Shown: positions 37,003 through 47,912 of the stretch, piece after piece
Layout of the letters: every line of letters starts with the position of its first letter
How positions within the stretch are numbered: the stretch's first letter is position 1
Origin: Ruminococcus flavefaciens
GTDB lineage: Bacteria; Bacillota; Clostridia; Oscillospirales; Ruminococcaceae
Assembly: GCF_028725585.1 (NCBI RefSeq)
Contig: NZ_JAQYRV010000150.1
DNA length: 64,000 bases
Direction: 5' to 3' (one strand)
Made by a program: the position numbers and the translations under genes
The notes under the pieces: generated by a model
The model's input: the letters and a program-made list of their open reading frames with translations, nothing else
What the model was told of the DNA's origin: nothing
The model's database searches: none

Positions 37003-37551
37003 ATGTCATTTCATTATTTCGGGGGGAAATATATGGGCAGCTATCATTCTATCTCACTAAGAAAACTATACATCACAGCAGCCGTTTTCAGCGGCGTTTA
37101 CATAATATCTTCAATACTCGCATACATACTTTCAGGCGATATTTTCAATGCTATTGCAAATGCTGACTTTAAATCCAATCATCCCGAGATGATAATTTCT
37201 GCAAAATGTAAGGCTCTTCTTTGTGTTATACAATTAGTCTGGTTTCCATTTGTGATATATATATTCAGCTGTGTCGGCTGGGCATTCTCGGCAAAACGGT
37301 GTAAGCGTACACTAAAAGCCGCGCCTGCGCTATGGATATTTGGTTTTATAGCCGAACACGCCTTAGCTCTCCTTATATCACATCTTCCAATAGCTGACGG
37401 ACATATTTCAGAACGCTGGCTCATACAGCGCACAGAATATATAACTTTTTTCTTTAGTATACTCCTTGTGGGCGCACTTGTGCTCGTTTGTACAGCCGCC
37501 GCACTTGGAATAGACGAAGACCGTCACGTTAAACATCTGAAATACAAATAA
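37003..37551 (+). CDS. Hypothetical multi-pass membrane protein
   Basis: About four hydrophobic segments; AT-rich. Start may instead be ATG 37033. Confidence 0.6.
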   Translation: MSFHYFGGKYMGSYHSISLRKLYITAAVFSGVYIISSILAYILSGDIFNAIANADFKSNHPEMIISAKCKALLCVIQLVWFPFVIYIFSCVGWAFSAKRCKRTLKAAPALWIFGFIAEHALALLISHLPIADGHISERWLIQRTEYITFFFSILLVGALVLVCTAAALGIDEDRHVKHLKYK

Positions 37552-37562
37552 GGAGCACAACA

Positions 37563-38072
37563 ATGCAGAAACCAAATTCACTAAGGATCACATTACTTAT
37601 TTCAACACTTTTATGTATTATCAAGCTTGGATTAGATATTTTCTTTATAATGTACAGCCATTCTTCGGTGTATACAGTTCTTTTCGGAGAAAATATCCCC
37701 GGCATGGTACTTCCCACACAAGTTAAGCTCGGACTTATTACCGAAGCACTAATAGTCTCTGCACCTATATGTATAGTTGCATCTGTCAATTTTGTATATA
37801 AGGATCTTAAATACAAAAGAGGCATAATAACGCTTATCCTGTCAATAATAATGTTCCTGACTGACTATGCAGGCTCTATAGTAGTAAATCGAATAATATG
37901 CAAAAAAATCGAGAAAGTTTACGGTGTAGAGCTGATGGATGTCGTTAATCGGGTAAATTCATTAAGGATATTCTCAGGATGCCTTGTATGCGCCGCGTTC
38001 GTTATGGTCTGCTGCTGTGCGTCCATAGAAATATACGGCGGAAGATTAGCTGAACAAAAAGGAACTGTTTAA
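37563..38072 (+). CDS. Hypothetical multi-pass membrane protein
   Basis: AGGAG RBS and about four TMs. Confidence 0.65.
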   Translation: MQKPNSLRITLLISTLLCIIKLGLDIFFIMYSHSSVYTVLFGENIPGMVLPTQVKLGLITEALIVSAPICIVASVNFVYKDLKYKRGIITLILSIIMFLTDYAGSIVVNRIICKKIEKVYGVELMDVVNRVNSLRIFSGCLVCAAFVMVCCCASIEIYGGRLAEQKGTV

Positions 38073-39058
38073 TGAAAAAAATCATCATCATTCTGTCATC
38101 CGTCATCATCGTTCTGGGCGCAGTTTTGTTTGGTGGATACTTATACACCACACACCCGTCCGAGGAGTATGGGTTGAAAAACTTCAGCTTTAAAGTGCCT
38201 GACGGCTTCGAGTGCATCGACCATACAGTCGATCATTCATTTACCTACAAGTTTTTTGGCGAAACAATATTCATTAGAGACTTAGATATGAACTGTGATC
38301 TCGAAACGGCAAAAAATTATGTGTACCGAATCAGTGAAGACACAAAGTTTGAAAAGCTCGAAGGATACCCGTATGACGGCTATTACTGTACTGCAAAGCC
38401 CGTTTTTTGGAGCGAAGATGATGAAAAGAGCGTACAGATCGGGTACATTCTCGGAACAGATACAAACTATTTTGATATATACTGTGATTGCACTCCATTA
38501 AAGGCAAAGATCATAAAACCTATAATTGCAAAGATAGCAAAAACTGCAAAATACACCTCTGATTTCCGACTTGCAGATAAGCCCGATGTGTATGACTGTG
38601 AATATTTAAGCGTATACACAGGCTCAAAATACTATTGCAGGGAATGTGATGAAACTTATGCAGTCCCCCCCGATCACATACTCTCGTTAGAAGAAAACTA
38701 TGCTAATACCGATAATCCTGCAAAAATAGTTTTTCCTGCACTGGAAATAAAGGTCTATGATAACGGCAAATCACCTGTTGAACTTGCAGATGACGTTTAT
38801 AATGGTTTCCTTGAAACAGAAGAATCTGTAAAAGATATCCGTCCCGACGGATTCTACGATGAAGTGACGAGAGAACAGAGGGATATGTTTGGTTTAAAAT
38901 GCGAACTCGTCCACTCAATGGACAAGAATTATTGCTTCGATTATTACTATTTCAGCAATGGCAAATATACCTATTATATCAATGTAAAATACACCAAAAA
39001 TGCTGACGAAGCCGATATAAAGGAAATGCTTGACGGCATTACAATAAAGAATAAATAA
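38072..39058 (+). CDS. Membrane-anchored exported protein, possibly two PsbP/DcrB-like domains
   Basis: N-terminal TM; FSFKVPDGF and YYYFSNGKYTYYINVKY...MLDGI resemble that fold. Confidence 0.55.
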   Translation: MKKIIIILSSVIIVLGAVLFGGYLYTTHPSEEYGLKNFSFKVPDGFECIDHTVDHSFTYKFFGETIFIRDLDMNCDLETAKNYVYRISEDTKFEKLEGYPYDGYYCTAKPVFWSEDDEKSVQIGYILGTDTNYFDIYCDCTPLKAKIIKPIIAKIAKTAKYTSDFRLADKPDVYDCEYLSVYTGSKYYCRECDETYAVPPDHILSLEENYANTDNPAKIVFPALEIKVYDNGKSPVELADDVYNGFLETEESVKDIRPDGFYDEVTREQRDMFGLKCELVHSMDKNYCFDYYYFSNGKYTYYINVKYTKNADEADIKEMLDGITIKNK

Positions 39059-39086
39059 GTATTTACATACAGGAGGAATAAATCCA

Positions 39087-40373
39087 ATGAAAAATGTATT
39101 AGTAGTAGGCGGCGGCGGACGCGAACACGCCATCATAATGAAGCTTGCTGAAAGTCCTAAGGTAGGAAAGCTCTACTGTACCCCTGGCAACGGCGGTATC
39201 TCAAAGTATGCTGAGTGCTTCAACGTAGGCGCTACAGATGTTGACGGAGTAGTAGCTCTTGCAAAGCAGCTCAAGCCTGATATGGTCGTAGTAGCTCCTG
39301 ATGATCCGCTTGTACTCGGAATGGTAGACGCTCTTCAGAAAGAAGGCTTCATGACATTCGGTCCTAAGGCTAATGCTGCTATAATTGAAGGCTCTAAGGT
39401 ATTCTCAAAAGAGCTTATGAAAAAGTACAACATTCCTACAGCTTTCTATGAGGTATTCACAGAGTCCGACAAGGCTATCGCTTACCTCAAGGAGCAGAAC
39501 AGCTATCCTGCTGTTATCAAGGCTGACGGTCTTGCTCTCGGAAAGGGCGTTATCATCGCTCAGAACGAGGAAGAAGCTGTTGCAGCTGTTCACGAGATGA
39601 TAGACGAGCTTAAATTCGGCAAAAGCTCAGCACGTATAGTGATTGAAGAATTCCTCACAGGTCCTGAGGTGTCTGTTCTCAGCTTTACAGACGGCAAGAC
39701 TATGGTGCCTATGATATCTTCAATGGATCACAAACGCGCTCTCGACGGCGATAAGGGTCTTAACACTGGCGGTATGGGTACTATTTCTCCTAACCCTTGC
39801 TACACAGAAGATGTTGCTAAGGAGTGTATGGAAAAGATCTTCATTCCTACCATGAACGCTATGAACGCTGAGGGACGTACATTTGAAGGCTGTCTCTACT
39901 TCGGACTTATGATAACTCCAAAAGGACCTAAGGTAATTGAGTATAACTGCCGTTTCGGTGACCCTGAGACACAGGTAGTACTCCCTATGCTCGATGCTGA
40001 CCTCTATGAGATATTCGAGGCTATATACAACCATGAGCTTGACAAGGTGGACATCAAGTGGCATAAGGGAAGCTGTGCCTGCGTAGTTATGGCAAGCGGC
40101 GGATATCCCGAAAGCTATCCTAAGGGAATAGTAATGAACGGATTTGACGACAAGGGTCAGGTAGAGGGCTGCTTCGTTTACCATGCAGGAACTAAGCTTG
40201 ACGATAACGGCAATTTTCTCACAAACGGCGGTCGTGTGATCGGTGTTACAGCTAAGGGCGATACTCTTCAGGCTGCACTCGACAAGGCTTATGAGGGAGT
40301 ATCAAAGATAAGCTTTGAGGGCGCTCATTACAGAAAAGATATCGGACAGAGAGCGCTGAAGGCTCTCGGCTAA
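39087..40373 (+). CDS. purD: Phosphoribosylamine-glycine ligase
   Basis: VGGGGREHA, PGNGG, IKADGLALGKGV, DHKR, NTGGMG, EYNCRFGDPE and GGRV motifs. Confidence 0.98.
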   Translation: MKNVLVVGGGGREHAIIMKLAESPKVGKLYCTPGNGGISKYAECFNVGATDVDGVVALAKQLKPDMVVVAPDDPLVLGMVDALQKEGFMTFGPKANAAIIEGSKVFSKELMKKYNIPTAFYEVFTESDKAIAYLKEQNSYPAVIKADGLALGKGVIIAQNEEEAVAAVHEMIDELKFGKSSARIVIEEFLTGPEVSVLSFTDGKTMVPMISSMDHKRALDGDKGLNTGGMGTISPNPCYTEDVAKECMEKIFIPTMNAMNAEGRTFEGCLYFGLMITPKGPKVIEYNCRFGDPETQVVLPMLDADLYEIFEAIYNHELDKVDIKWHKGSCACVVMASGGYPESYPKGIVMNGFDDKGQVEGCFVYHAGTKLDDNGNFLTNGGRVIGVTAKGDTLQAALDKAYEGVSKISFEGAHYRKDIGQRALKALG

Positions 40374-40383
40374 GGAGCAAGCC

Positions 40384-41004
40384 ATGCACGAAAGGTTAAA
40401 TAAAGGACTGAAAAACTGCCTTATCGCAAATATTATGTTCTTTGCATTTGGCTTGATATGTTTCGTATACTACAAGACATATGTTAACGGTTCGGTATTG
40501 TCAAAGATAATCGAGGTGCTCGCCTATTCCTGTGAAATATGCGGATTTATGCTGTTCCTATGGGGCGACTGGCTGATATCGACTGCCATAAGATTCAGAA
40601 ATATTCTGAAAGCAAGCCTGACAGCATACATATTCCTCGAAGCTTTGATGATGATATTTGAGCTTAACTCAAACAAACTTGATTTTTACGAGCCGTATTC
40701 CCTGCTGCTCGCTATAGTTCACTCTGTAATATCAGGTCTTACCTGTCTGACATTCCTGCAGCTTGAGACCGATAAAAAGCCGCTTGAACGCATGGTGCTT
40801 GTTTGTATTGCAATGATGTTTGCAGGTATGTTCGGAAATATCATCGGAATACGTATCTATTTCAGTATTATTGTCAACGCTGTAGCTTTTGCTGTACTGT
40901 TCTATTCTGTACGCAGACTCATAGCTCGTGAAGAGATCGAGGTCGATTGTCACGGCGACAAGGCAAGAGTTGCAGAATTTAAAAGTACATTTGTTGATGA
41001 CTAA
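40384..41004 (+). CDS. Hypothetical multi-pass membrane protein
   Basis: AGGAG RBS directly after purD; about six hydrophobic segments. Confidence 0.7.
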   Translation: MHERLNKGLKNCLIANIMFFAFGLICFVYYKTYVNGSVLSKIIEVLAYSCEICGFMLFLWGDWLISTAIRFRNILKASLTAYIFLEALMMIFELNSNKLDFYEPYSLLLAIVHSVISGLTCLTFLQLETDKKPLERMVLVCIAMMFAGMFGNIIGIRIYFSIIVNAVAFAVLFYSVRRLIAREEIEVDCHGDKARVAEFKSTFVDD

Positions 41005-41043
41005 AAAAACTAATTATAATAAGTGTGTCGATATAGAAGTTTT

Positions 41044-41090
41044 AAGTCATAGTATTTCTGATATCAGTCCAAAAATACTATGACTTTTCT
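41044..41090 (+). terminator. Terminator after the purD block
   Basis: AAGTCATAGTATTT...AAATACTATGACTT followed by TTCT. Confidence 0.65.
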
Positions 41091-41138
41091 ATTGACAACA
41101 CATAGACACTGTTCTGTATTTTTTTGAAAGAGGTTATT

Positions 41139-41534
41139 ATGGCATTTCAATTCTGTGAGTTAGATGAATCGGAACAACGTGAGTATACCCTCACTATGTT
41201 CCCACACTATGGCGACAAGCGGAAACCTGGTGGTGGAATTATTGACTTTGAAAACGATATTCGCTTATGTTACTATGGAAACGGTCCATATACAGAACCC
41301 TGCGACGAGTATCAATTTATTTTTGATTACAAAGGCACTGCAATGAATATTAACATCCATCAAAAAATCGAAGGAAATGACATTTATTATTCTCTGATCG
41401 CGGTTGAGGGAAATGGTCAGTTATGCATTGATGAAATTAAGCCATCTCTTCGTGAAGCGATCAGGTTATTCGGAATTCGAAGGTATGCTTCCGGTGTAAA
41501 GAATAATCCGGATATGATTCATATCAATTTTTAA
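41139..41534 (+). CDS. Hypothetical protein (AT-rich orphan)
   Basis: ATG 41139 after GAGG; 131 aa; no recognised motif. Confidence 0.55.
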   Translation: MAFQFCELDESEQREYTLTMFPHYGDKRKPGGGIIDFENDIRLCYYGNGPYTEPCDEYQFIFDYKGTAMNINIHQKIEGNDIYYSLIAVEGNGQLCIDEIKPSLREAIRLFGIRRYASGVKNNPDMIHINF

Positions 41535-41591
41535 TTATGAAATAAATAGCATTTCATTTGCAGTTTTTTCTGCTTTCAGCCGTGAATACAC

Positions 41592-41620
41592 AAAAAAGGC
41601 GAACCATTCGGTTCGCCTTT
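41592..41620. terminator. Terminator after groEL (possibly bidirectional)
   Basis: AAAGGCGAACC-4 nt-GGTTCGCCTTT with flanking A/T tracts. Confidence 0.85.
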
Positions 41621-41641
41621 AATTTTACACTATGCTTGGAA

Positions 41642-43270
<1,629 letters not shown>

Positions 43271-43334
43271 TTACTCCTTTAAATTATATTTATATCTTTA
43301 GGAAACAGTGCCTTGCCGTTCCCTGCAATAGTTC

Positions 43335-43671
<337 letters not shown>

Positions 43672-43768
43672 TTATATTTTACCACCTTTTTACAATAAAT
43701 CAAGCCTTTTCTGCAAGCTTTCACAATTTTTGTCACTGTACACAAATCGCGAGATATAAAGTGAATTT

Positions 43769-44905
43769 TTATGTACTTTCAGACAGTTTTTTACTGCTAT
43801 TTTTCCCGAATTCGATCATCACCATCACTGTCATTATAATAAGCATCAACGATGGAACAGGTGTGCTGCTGCGGACTTTTTCAACGACGACAGCCGATAC
43901 TTCTGCTGTTTCATACTCCATGAAAAATGGCATTATCAGCCTGCATACAAAGCCGCTCATCACCGCCGCTGTACACCTCATTATCACAAGCGGCGCTATG
44001 GATATCCTTCTGCCTGCAGCGGCTGAAAGCTGAAACATAACACATACGCCGCCAAATGACACCAGACCGCTTATGTAAGGCAGCAGCAGCCAGTCGCCGC
44101 GCGGAAATACCGATACATTTGTAACATCTGACAACGCGGCGACTAAAGCCTCGCCGCTTATGCGGTCGAGGCTGGGGAGCTTCATAAGAAGCTCCCCGAC
44201 TGCTGCTGCCGCCCCGATGCGGATAAAAAAAACATTTATGACAGAAAATATCGTTATCATAATACATATATCCGCCATAGCTCTGCCACTCTGTGCTACA
44301 GACTCGGTAAACATCTCAGCTGAAAAACGGAACTCACGCTTTACCGCTGAAACAGACGCAGTTTTTCTCAGATATGGTGACATTATCAGCAAAAGCAGCA
44401 AATTTGCACAGATATTTGATAAAAGTATCACCTTTCCTGCCCCGTCCGAGCTGTAAAGCTGACCTGATATACAGCCGAATATGAATGCAGGTCCTGCTCC
44501 GAAGCATAGTCCCGAAAGAATCTCTGCGCGCTTTTTCGTTATCCTGCCTGCACTGTACTCGTCACAAAGCATTTTTACTCCCACAGGATAGCCTGCAAAC
44601 ATTCCAAAAATAAATATCGGCAGTATATTGCCCTCAATACCGAATAAAAATCTGCTTATACGTCCGAAACATTTCGGGATTAGCGTAAGTATACCGCTTT
44701 TTACTATAAGCGAGGATACTGCCATAACTGCAAACAACGACGGTATCACCACATTCAGACACCGCATAATGCTCTCACCTATCGCCTTTGTACACAGCGT
44801 AGTATCTGCAAGACAGAATATAAGCACTGACAACAATACTGCTATTTTTATGGCTGTAAGCGCTTTTTCGGCAGTTTTTCTCATAATCATCACCCTATAA
44901 ATCAT
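43769..44905 (-). CDS. ylbJ: YlbJ-like integral membrane protein (nucleoside-recognition/gate family)
   Basis: VVIPSLF, GMFAGYPVG, GAGPAFI and FGGVCV motifs; divergent from yqfCD. Confidence 0.7.
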   Translation of the reverse strand: MIYRVMIMRKTAEKALTAIKIAVLLSVLIFCLADTTLCTKAIGESIMRCLNVVIPSLFAVMAVSSLIVKSGILTLIPKCFGRISRFLFGIEGNILPIFIFGMFAGYPVGVKMLCDEYSAGRITKKRAEILSGLCFGAGPAFIFGCISGQLYSSDGAGKVILLSNICANLLLLLIMSPYLRKTASVSAVKREFRFSAEMFTESVAQSGRAMADICIMITIFSVINVFFIRIGAAAAVGELLMKLPSLDRISGEALVAALSDVTNVSVFPRGDWLLLPYISGLVSFGGVCVMFQLSAAAGRRISIAPLVIMRCTAAVMSGFVCRLIMPFFMEYETAEVSAVVVEKVRSSTPVPSLMLIIMTVMVMIEFGKNSSKKLSEST

Positions 44906-44943
44906 ATTATTGGAAGTGAAAAAATATACAGGAGTGAACGCTT

Positions 44944-45261
44944 ATGTTTGAATGGTTCGCAGAATTTGCACGTGAAACGCTTTATCTCAATACAAGTATA
45001 CATATTTCGGGAAATAATGAGCTTATTATCGACAACTGCCGAAGAATAGAGGAGTACAACGAAGTTTATATGAGACTGGTCTCAGGCGGATTATACATAA
45101 GTATACACGGGAATGACCTGAGAGCCTTTGATTTCAGAACAGGCGGTCTTGTTATACGAGGAAACATCGAAAAAATAGAGTTTACAGAAAGGAGAAGCCG
45201 CCATGAGTCTGAGGATACGAAATCGGGTAAGAGTAAACGCACAGGGAAAGAAGCTATATAA
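44944..45261 (+). CDS. yqfC: YabP/YqfC-family protein
   Basis: ISGNNELIIDNCRRIEEYN...IHGNDL...IRGNIEKIEF; lies upstream of yqfD. Confidence 0.75.
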   Translation: MFEWFAEFARETLYLNTSIHISGNNELIIDNCRRIEEYNEVYMRLVSGGLYISIHGNDLRAFDFRTGGLVIRGNIEKIEFTERRSRHESEDTKSGKSKRTGKEAI

Positions 45262-46369
45262 GTTCATAAACTGCATACACGACAATGGTATCGAATGCAG
45301 TGAGCAATACTGCCGCGGCAATATTTTCAGATGCGATATCTTGAAAAAGGACATGAAGAAGCTGAAAATTCTTGCTGAAGAGTGCGGAATAGAACTTAAA
45401 TACGCAGAATATCACAGCCTTGCCGCTAAATTATCCCGTTACCGCAAAAGAGCAGGTCTGTTTATCGGTATCATTCTTGCCGCTGTTACAGTGCTGTATT
45501 TCTCTCAGGTAGTTGTCACTATTGAAATACAGGGCAACACTTCCGTAAGCGATGAAGTTATCCTATCCGCCCTCAAAGAACTCGATATAAAAGCAGGTAC
45601 TCCCCTTTTCCGCCTTGACCTGCGCACAAGCGAGAAAAAGCTGAAAGCTATGCTGGATAACGTTGCATGGGCAGGTATTCGCCACACAGGAAGCCGCATA
45701 GTCGTTCAGATACATGAAGCCGCTCCCATTCCCGAAATGTCCCGTGAACGTATCCCATGCAATATAGTAGCAAGCCGCGATGCAGTGATATCCTCTGTAC
45801 TTGTTAAAAGCGGAGAGCTAAGACATATCGTGGGAGATTACGTACCCAAAGGAACTCTCCTCATCAGCGGCGTTGCCGAAAACGACAAAGGTCAGACCTT
45901 TGTATATCACGCTATGGGAGAGATACGCGGCACTTATGAGGAAGAAGTAAGCTTTTCAGCTCCTTTTCACACACAGGAACTTCTCCCCACTGGAAAAACA
46001 CGAAAACTAAGAAGACTGAAACTTTTCAGCCTTGATATACCGCTGTATTTTTTCGGAAACGACTACACAGACAGCCGCACCGAAAAATCGGTAAGTAAAC
46101 TGAAAATATTCGGCAAAGAGCTTCCCTTAGGCATAGAGGAAAACACCTTCACCGAAATGTATGCACAGGGATTCGACAGGAACGAAGACGAACTGTATCA
46201 GCACCTGATGGAAAGAGTCTATCTATATGAAAATAACTTTCTCGATAACGATACCATTATTCTCAGCCGCTCGGTAAACACTTCCAGAACTGACGATACG
46301 CTGACTCTTACCGTTAAATACAGCCTTGAAAGTAACATCTGCCAACAGAATGACATATTCATAAAGTAA
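45203..46369 (+). CDS. yqfD: YqfD-like (stage IV sporulation family) protein
   Basis: TM, then EIQGN...GIKAG, WAGIRHTGSRIVV, PCNIVASRDAVI, GDYVPKGTLLISG and AMGEIRG. Confidence 0.85.
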   Translation: MSLRIRNRVRVNAQGKKLYKFINCIHDNGIECSEQYCRGNIFRCDILKKDMKKLKILAEECGIELKYAEYHSLAAKLSRYRKRAGLFIGIILAAVTVLYFSQVVVTIEIQGNTSVSDEVILSALKELDIKAGTPLFRLDLRTSEKKLKAMLDNVAWAGIRHTGSRIVVQIHEAAPIPEMSRERIPCNIVASRDAVISSVLVKSGELRHIVGDYVPKGTLLISGVAENDKGQTFVYHAMGEIRGTYEEEVSFSAPFHTQELLPTGKTRKLRRLKLFSLDIPLYFFGNDYTDSRTEKSVSKLKIFGKELPLGIEENTFTEMYAQGFDRNEDELYQHLMERVYLYENNFLDNDTIILSRSVNTSRTDDTLTLTVKYSLESNICQQNDIFIK

Positions 46370-46399
46370 AATTTTACTGTTACTTTTCACAAAAATATA

Positions 46400-46428
46400 T
46401 TGACAATTTTCTCTTTTCAATGTAAAAT
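46400..46428 (+). promoter_or_regulatory. Promoter of the Phd-like gene
   Basis: TTGACA (46400-46405), 17 bp spacer, TAAAAT (46423-46428). Confidence 0.75.
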
Positions 46429-46472
46429 AGTATGCAGGGGATCATTTTGTGCCTTGAAAGGAGAGACTTTCC

Positions 46473-46742
46473 ATGATATCAATTAAAAACGAAGACTTCA
46501 GTGAAAACTATGAGCTTTTCGTCAAGTTATGTTCCATAACTTCCGAGCCTTTAAAGCTCATAAATGATAACTGTCAGGATATGATAGTCATGACTGCCGA
46601 AGCCTTTGAGCGCAGAAAGAAAATGCTCGATCTCCGTGAAAAATTCCTCGGCATCGACATGGACAAAGTCCTCAGCTCAGATAAGACCGACTTTAAGAAA
46701 CTCGGACAATATATCAACGAACTGGAAAAAGATGAGGAATAA
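46473..46742 (+). CDS. Divergent Phd/YefM antitoxin-like protein
   Basis: NYELFVKLCSITSEPLKL...DMIVMTAEAFERRKKMLDLRE follows the clostridial Phd pattern as I recall it. Confidence 0.6.
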   Translation: MISIKNEDFSENYELFVKLCSITSEPLKLINDNCQDMIVMTAEAFERRKKMLDLREKFLGIDMDKVLSSDKTDFKKLGQYINELEKDEE

Positions 46743-46777
46743 TTTGGTAACAGTGTGTTCACACATCGGTTTATAAA

Positions 46778-46838
46778 TGAAAATCAGATGAAATCAGACA
46801 GCTTTTCCTTGACAACCATAGGATAAATACAATATAAT
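46778..46838 (+). promoter_or_regulatory. pspA promoter with upstream 10-bp-period direct repeat
   Basis: AAATCAGA at 46781 and 46791, TTGACA at 46809-46814, 18 bp spacer, TATAAT at 46833-46838. Confidence 0.6.
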
Positions 46839-46900
46839 TATTTTGTGGCGCAAGGGGTGCGCTCATGACACATTGTTACATGAAACAGGAGGATTATAAA

Positions 46901-47605
46901 ATGGGTGTATTCAGAAGATTAAGCGACCTTCTCAAGTCAAATGTCAACGATCTTATCGACAGAGCAGAAGATCCTGAGAAGATGGTAAAACAGGTCATCA
47001 TCGATATGCAGACCGAACTTACTAAGGCTACTCAGAATTATGGCAAGGCTAAGGCAAGCGAGCGCCTCGCTGAAAAGAAATATCTTGAATCTCAGAAGAT
47101 ATCTTCTGACTGGGAGTCAAAGGCTAAGGCTGCTCTCGCTAAGGGCGATCAGGAGCTTGCTAAACAGGCTCTCGCAAGAAAAGTCAAGGCTGATGAAGAT
47201 GTTGCTAATTATAAGGAAATGTATGAGTCTATCTCTGATCAGACGGAAGCTATCGGCAATCAGGTAGAAGTCCTCAAGGCTAAGCTTGAAGAAGCTAAGA
47301 GCCGTCAGGCTATGCTCATTGCCCGTTCACAGATGGCTGATACAAAGAAAAATCTCGCTAAGGCTGCAGGCGGTTTCGACGGTAATTCCTCACTGGAAAA
47401 GTTCCAGAGAATGGAAGAAAAGATCGAGCGCAAGGAAGCTGAAGCAGACGCTTTTACTGAGATCGCAGGCGGTGCTGCAAACGGTATCGGTGACGAGCTT
47501 AGCGATTCATTTGAAAAGCTTGAGTCAGACGCAAAGGTTGACGCTGAGCTTCAGAGACTTATGGCTGAAATGAACGGCAGCGCTCCTTCACAGGACGCTG
47601 AATAA
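46901..47605 (+). CDS. pspA: PspA/IM30-family protein
   Basis: Start moved to ATG 46901 (AGGAGG). MGVFRRLSDLLKSNVNDLIDRAEDPEKM, a long coiled coil, FQRMEEKI and VDAELQRL. Confidence 0.95.
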   Translation: MGVFRRLSDLLKSNVNDLIDRAEDPEKMVKQVIIDMQTELTKATQNYGKAKASERLAEKKYLESQKISSDWESKAKAALAKGDQELAKQALARKVKADEDVANYKEMYESISDQTEAIGNQVEVLKAKLEEAKSRQAMLIARSQMADTKKNLAKAAGGFDGNSSLEKFQRMEEKIERKEAEADAFTEIAGGAANGIGDELSDSFEKLESDAKVDAELQRLMAEMNGSAPSQDAE

Positions 47606-47634
47606 TTCAATAATAAAAAGCAAAGGATTTTAAT

Positions 47635-47808
47635 ATGAGCCGCAAAAAAGAAAATGTATATTCAGCAAAAAAAATGTTCAAGGATTCACTGCCTATTCTC
47701 TGTGCAATATTCCTTGCAATTGTTTCCGTAGCTTATATCCTCTTCCGCAGCTGGAGCAACAAGCTCTATTATGAAAAGTGGAAAGAATACGAGGATTGCG
47801 GTATCTGA
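47635..47808 (+). CDS. 57-aa single-TM protein downstream of pspA (not in ORF track)
   Basis: Manual translation: MSRKKENVYSAKKMFKDSLPILCAIFLAIVSVAYILFRSWSNKLYYEKWKEYEDCGI. AAGGA RBS upstream, terminator downstream. Confidence 0.75.
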   Translation: MSRKKENVYSAKKMFKDSLPILCAIFLAIVSVAYILFRSWSNKLYYEKWKEYEDCGI

Positions 47809-47822
47809 ATAATAACAACGAC

Positions 47823-47856
47823 AAAGCTCCGAGGCATTGCGCTTCGGAGCTTTTTT
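47823..47856 (+). terminator. Terminator of the pspA operon
   Basis: AAGCTCCGAG...TTCGGAGCTT followed by a T-tract. Confidence 0.8.
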
Positions 47857-47869
47857 CACATAATAAAAC

Positions 47870-47901
47870 GAAAAGAAAAGCTCCCCAATTCGGGGAGCTT
47901 T
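47870..47901 (-). terminator. Terminator of the GH9 gene
   Basis: AAAGCTCCCC-5 nt-GGGGAGCTTT, followed by TTCTTTT on the minus strand. Confidence 0.8.
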
Positions 47902-47912
47902 CATAATAGATA

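Noticed and set aside
26187-41534. Integron- or cassette-like array explaining the interleaved genes
   Set aside because: No shared attC-like or direct repeat at the junctions and no recombinase in the window.
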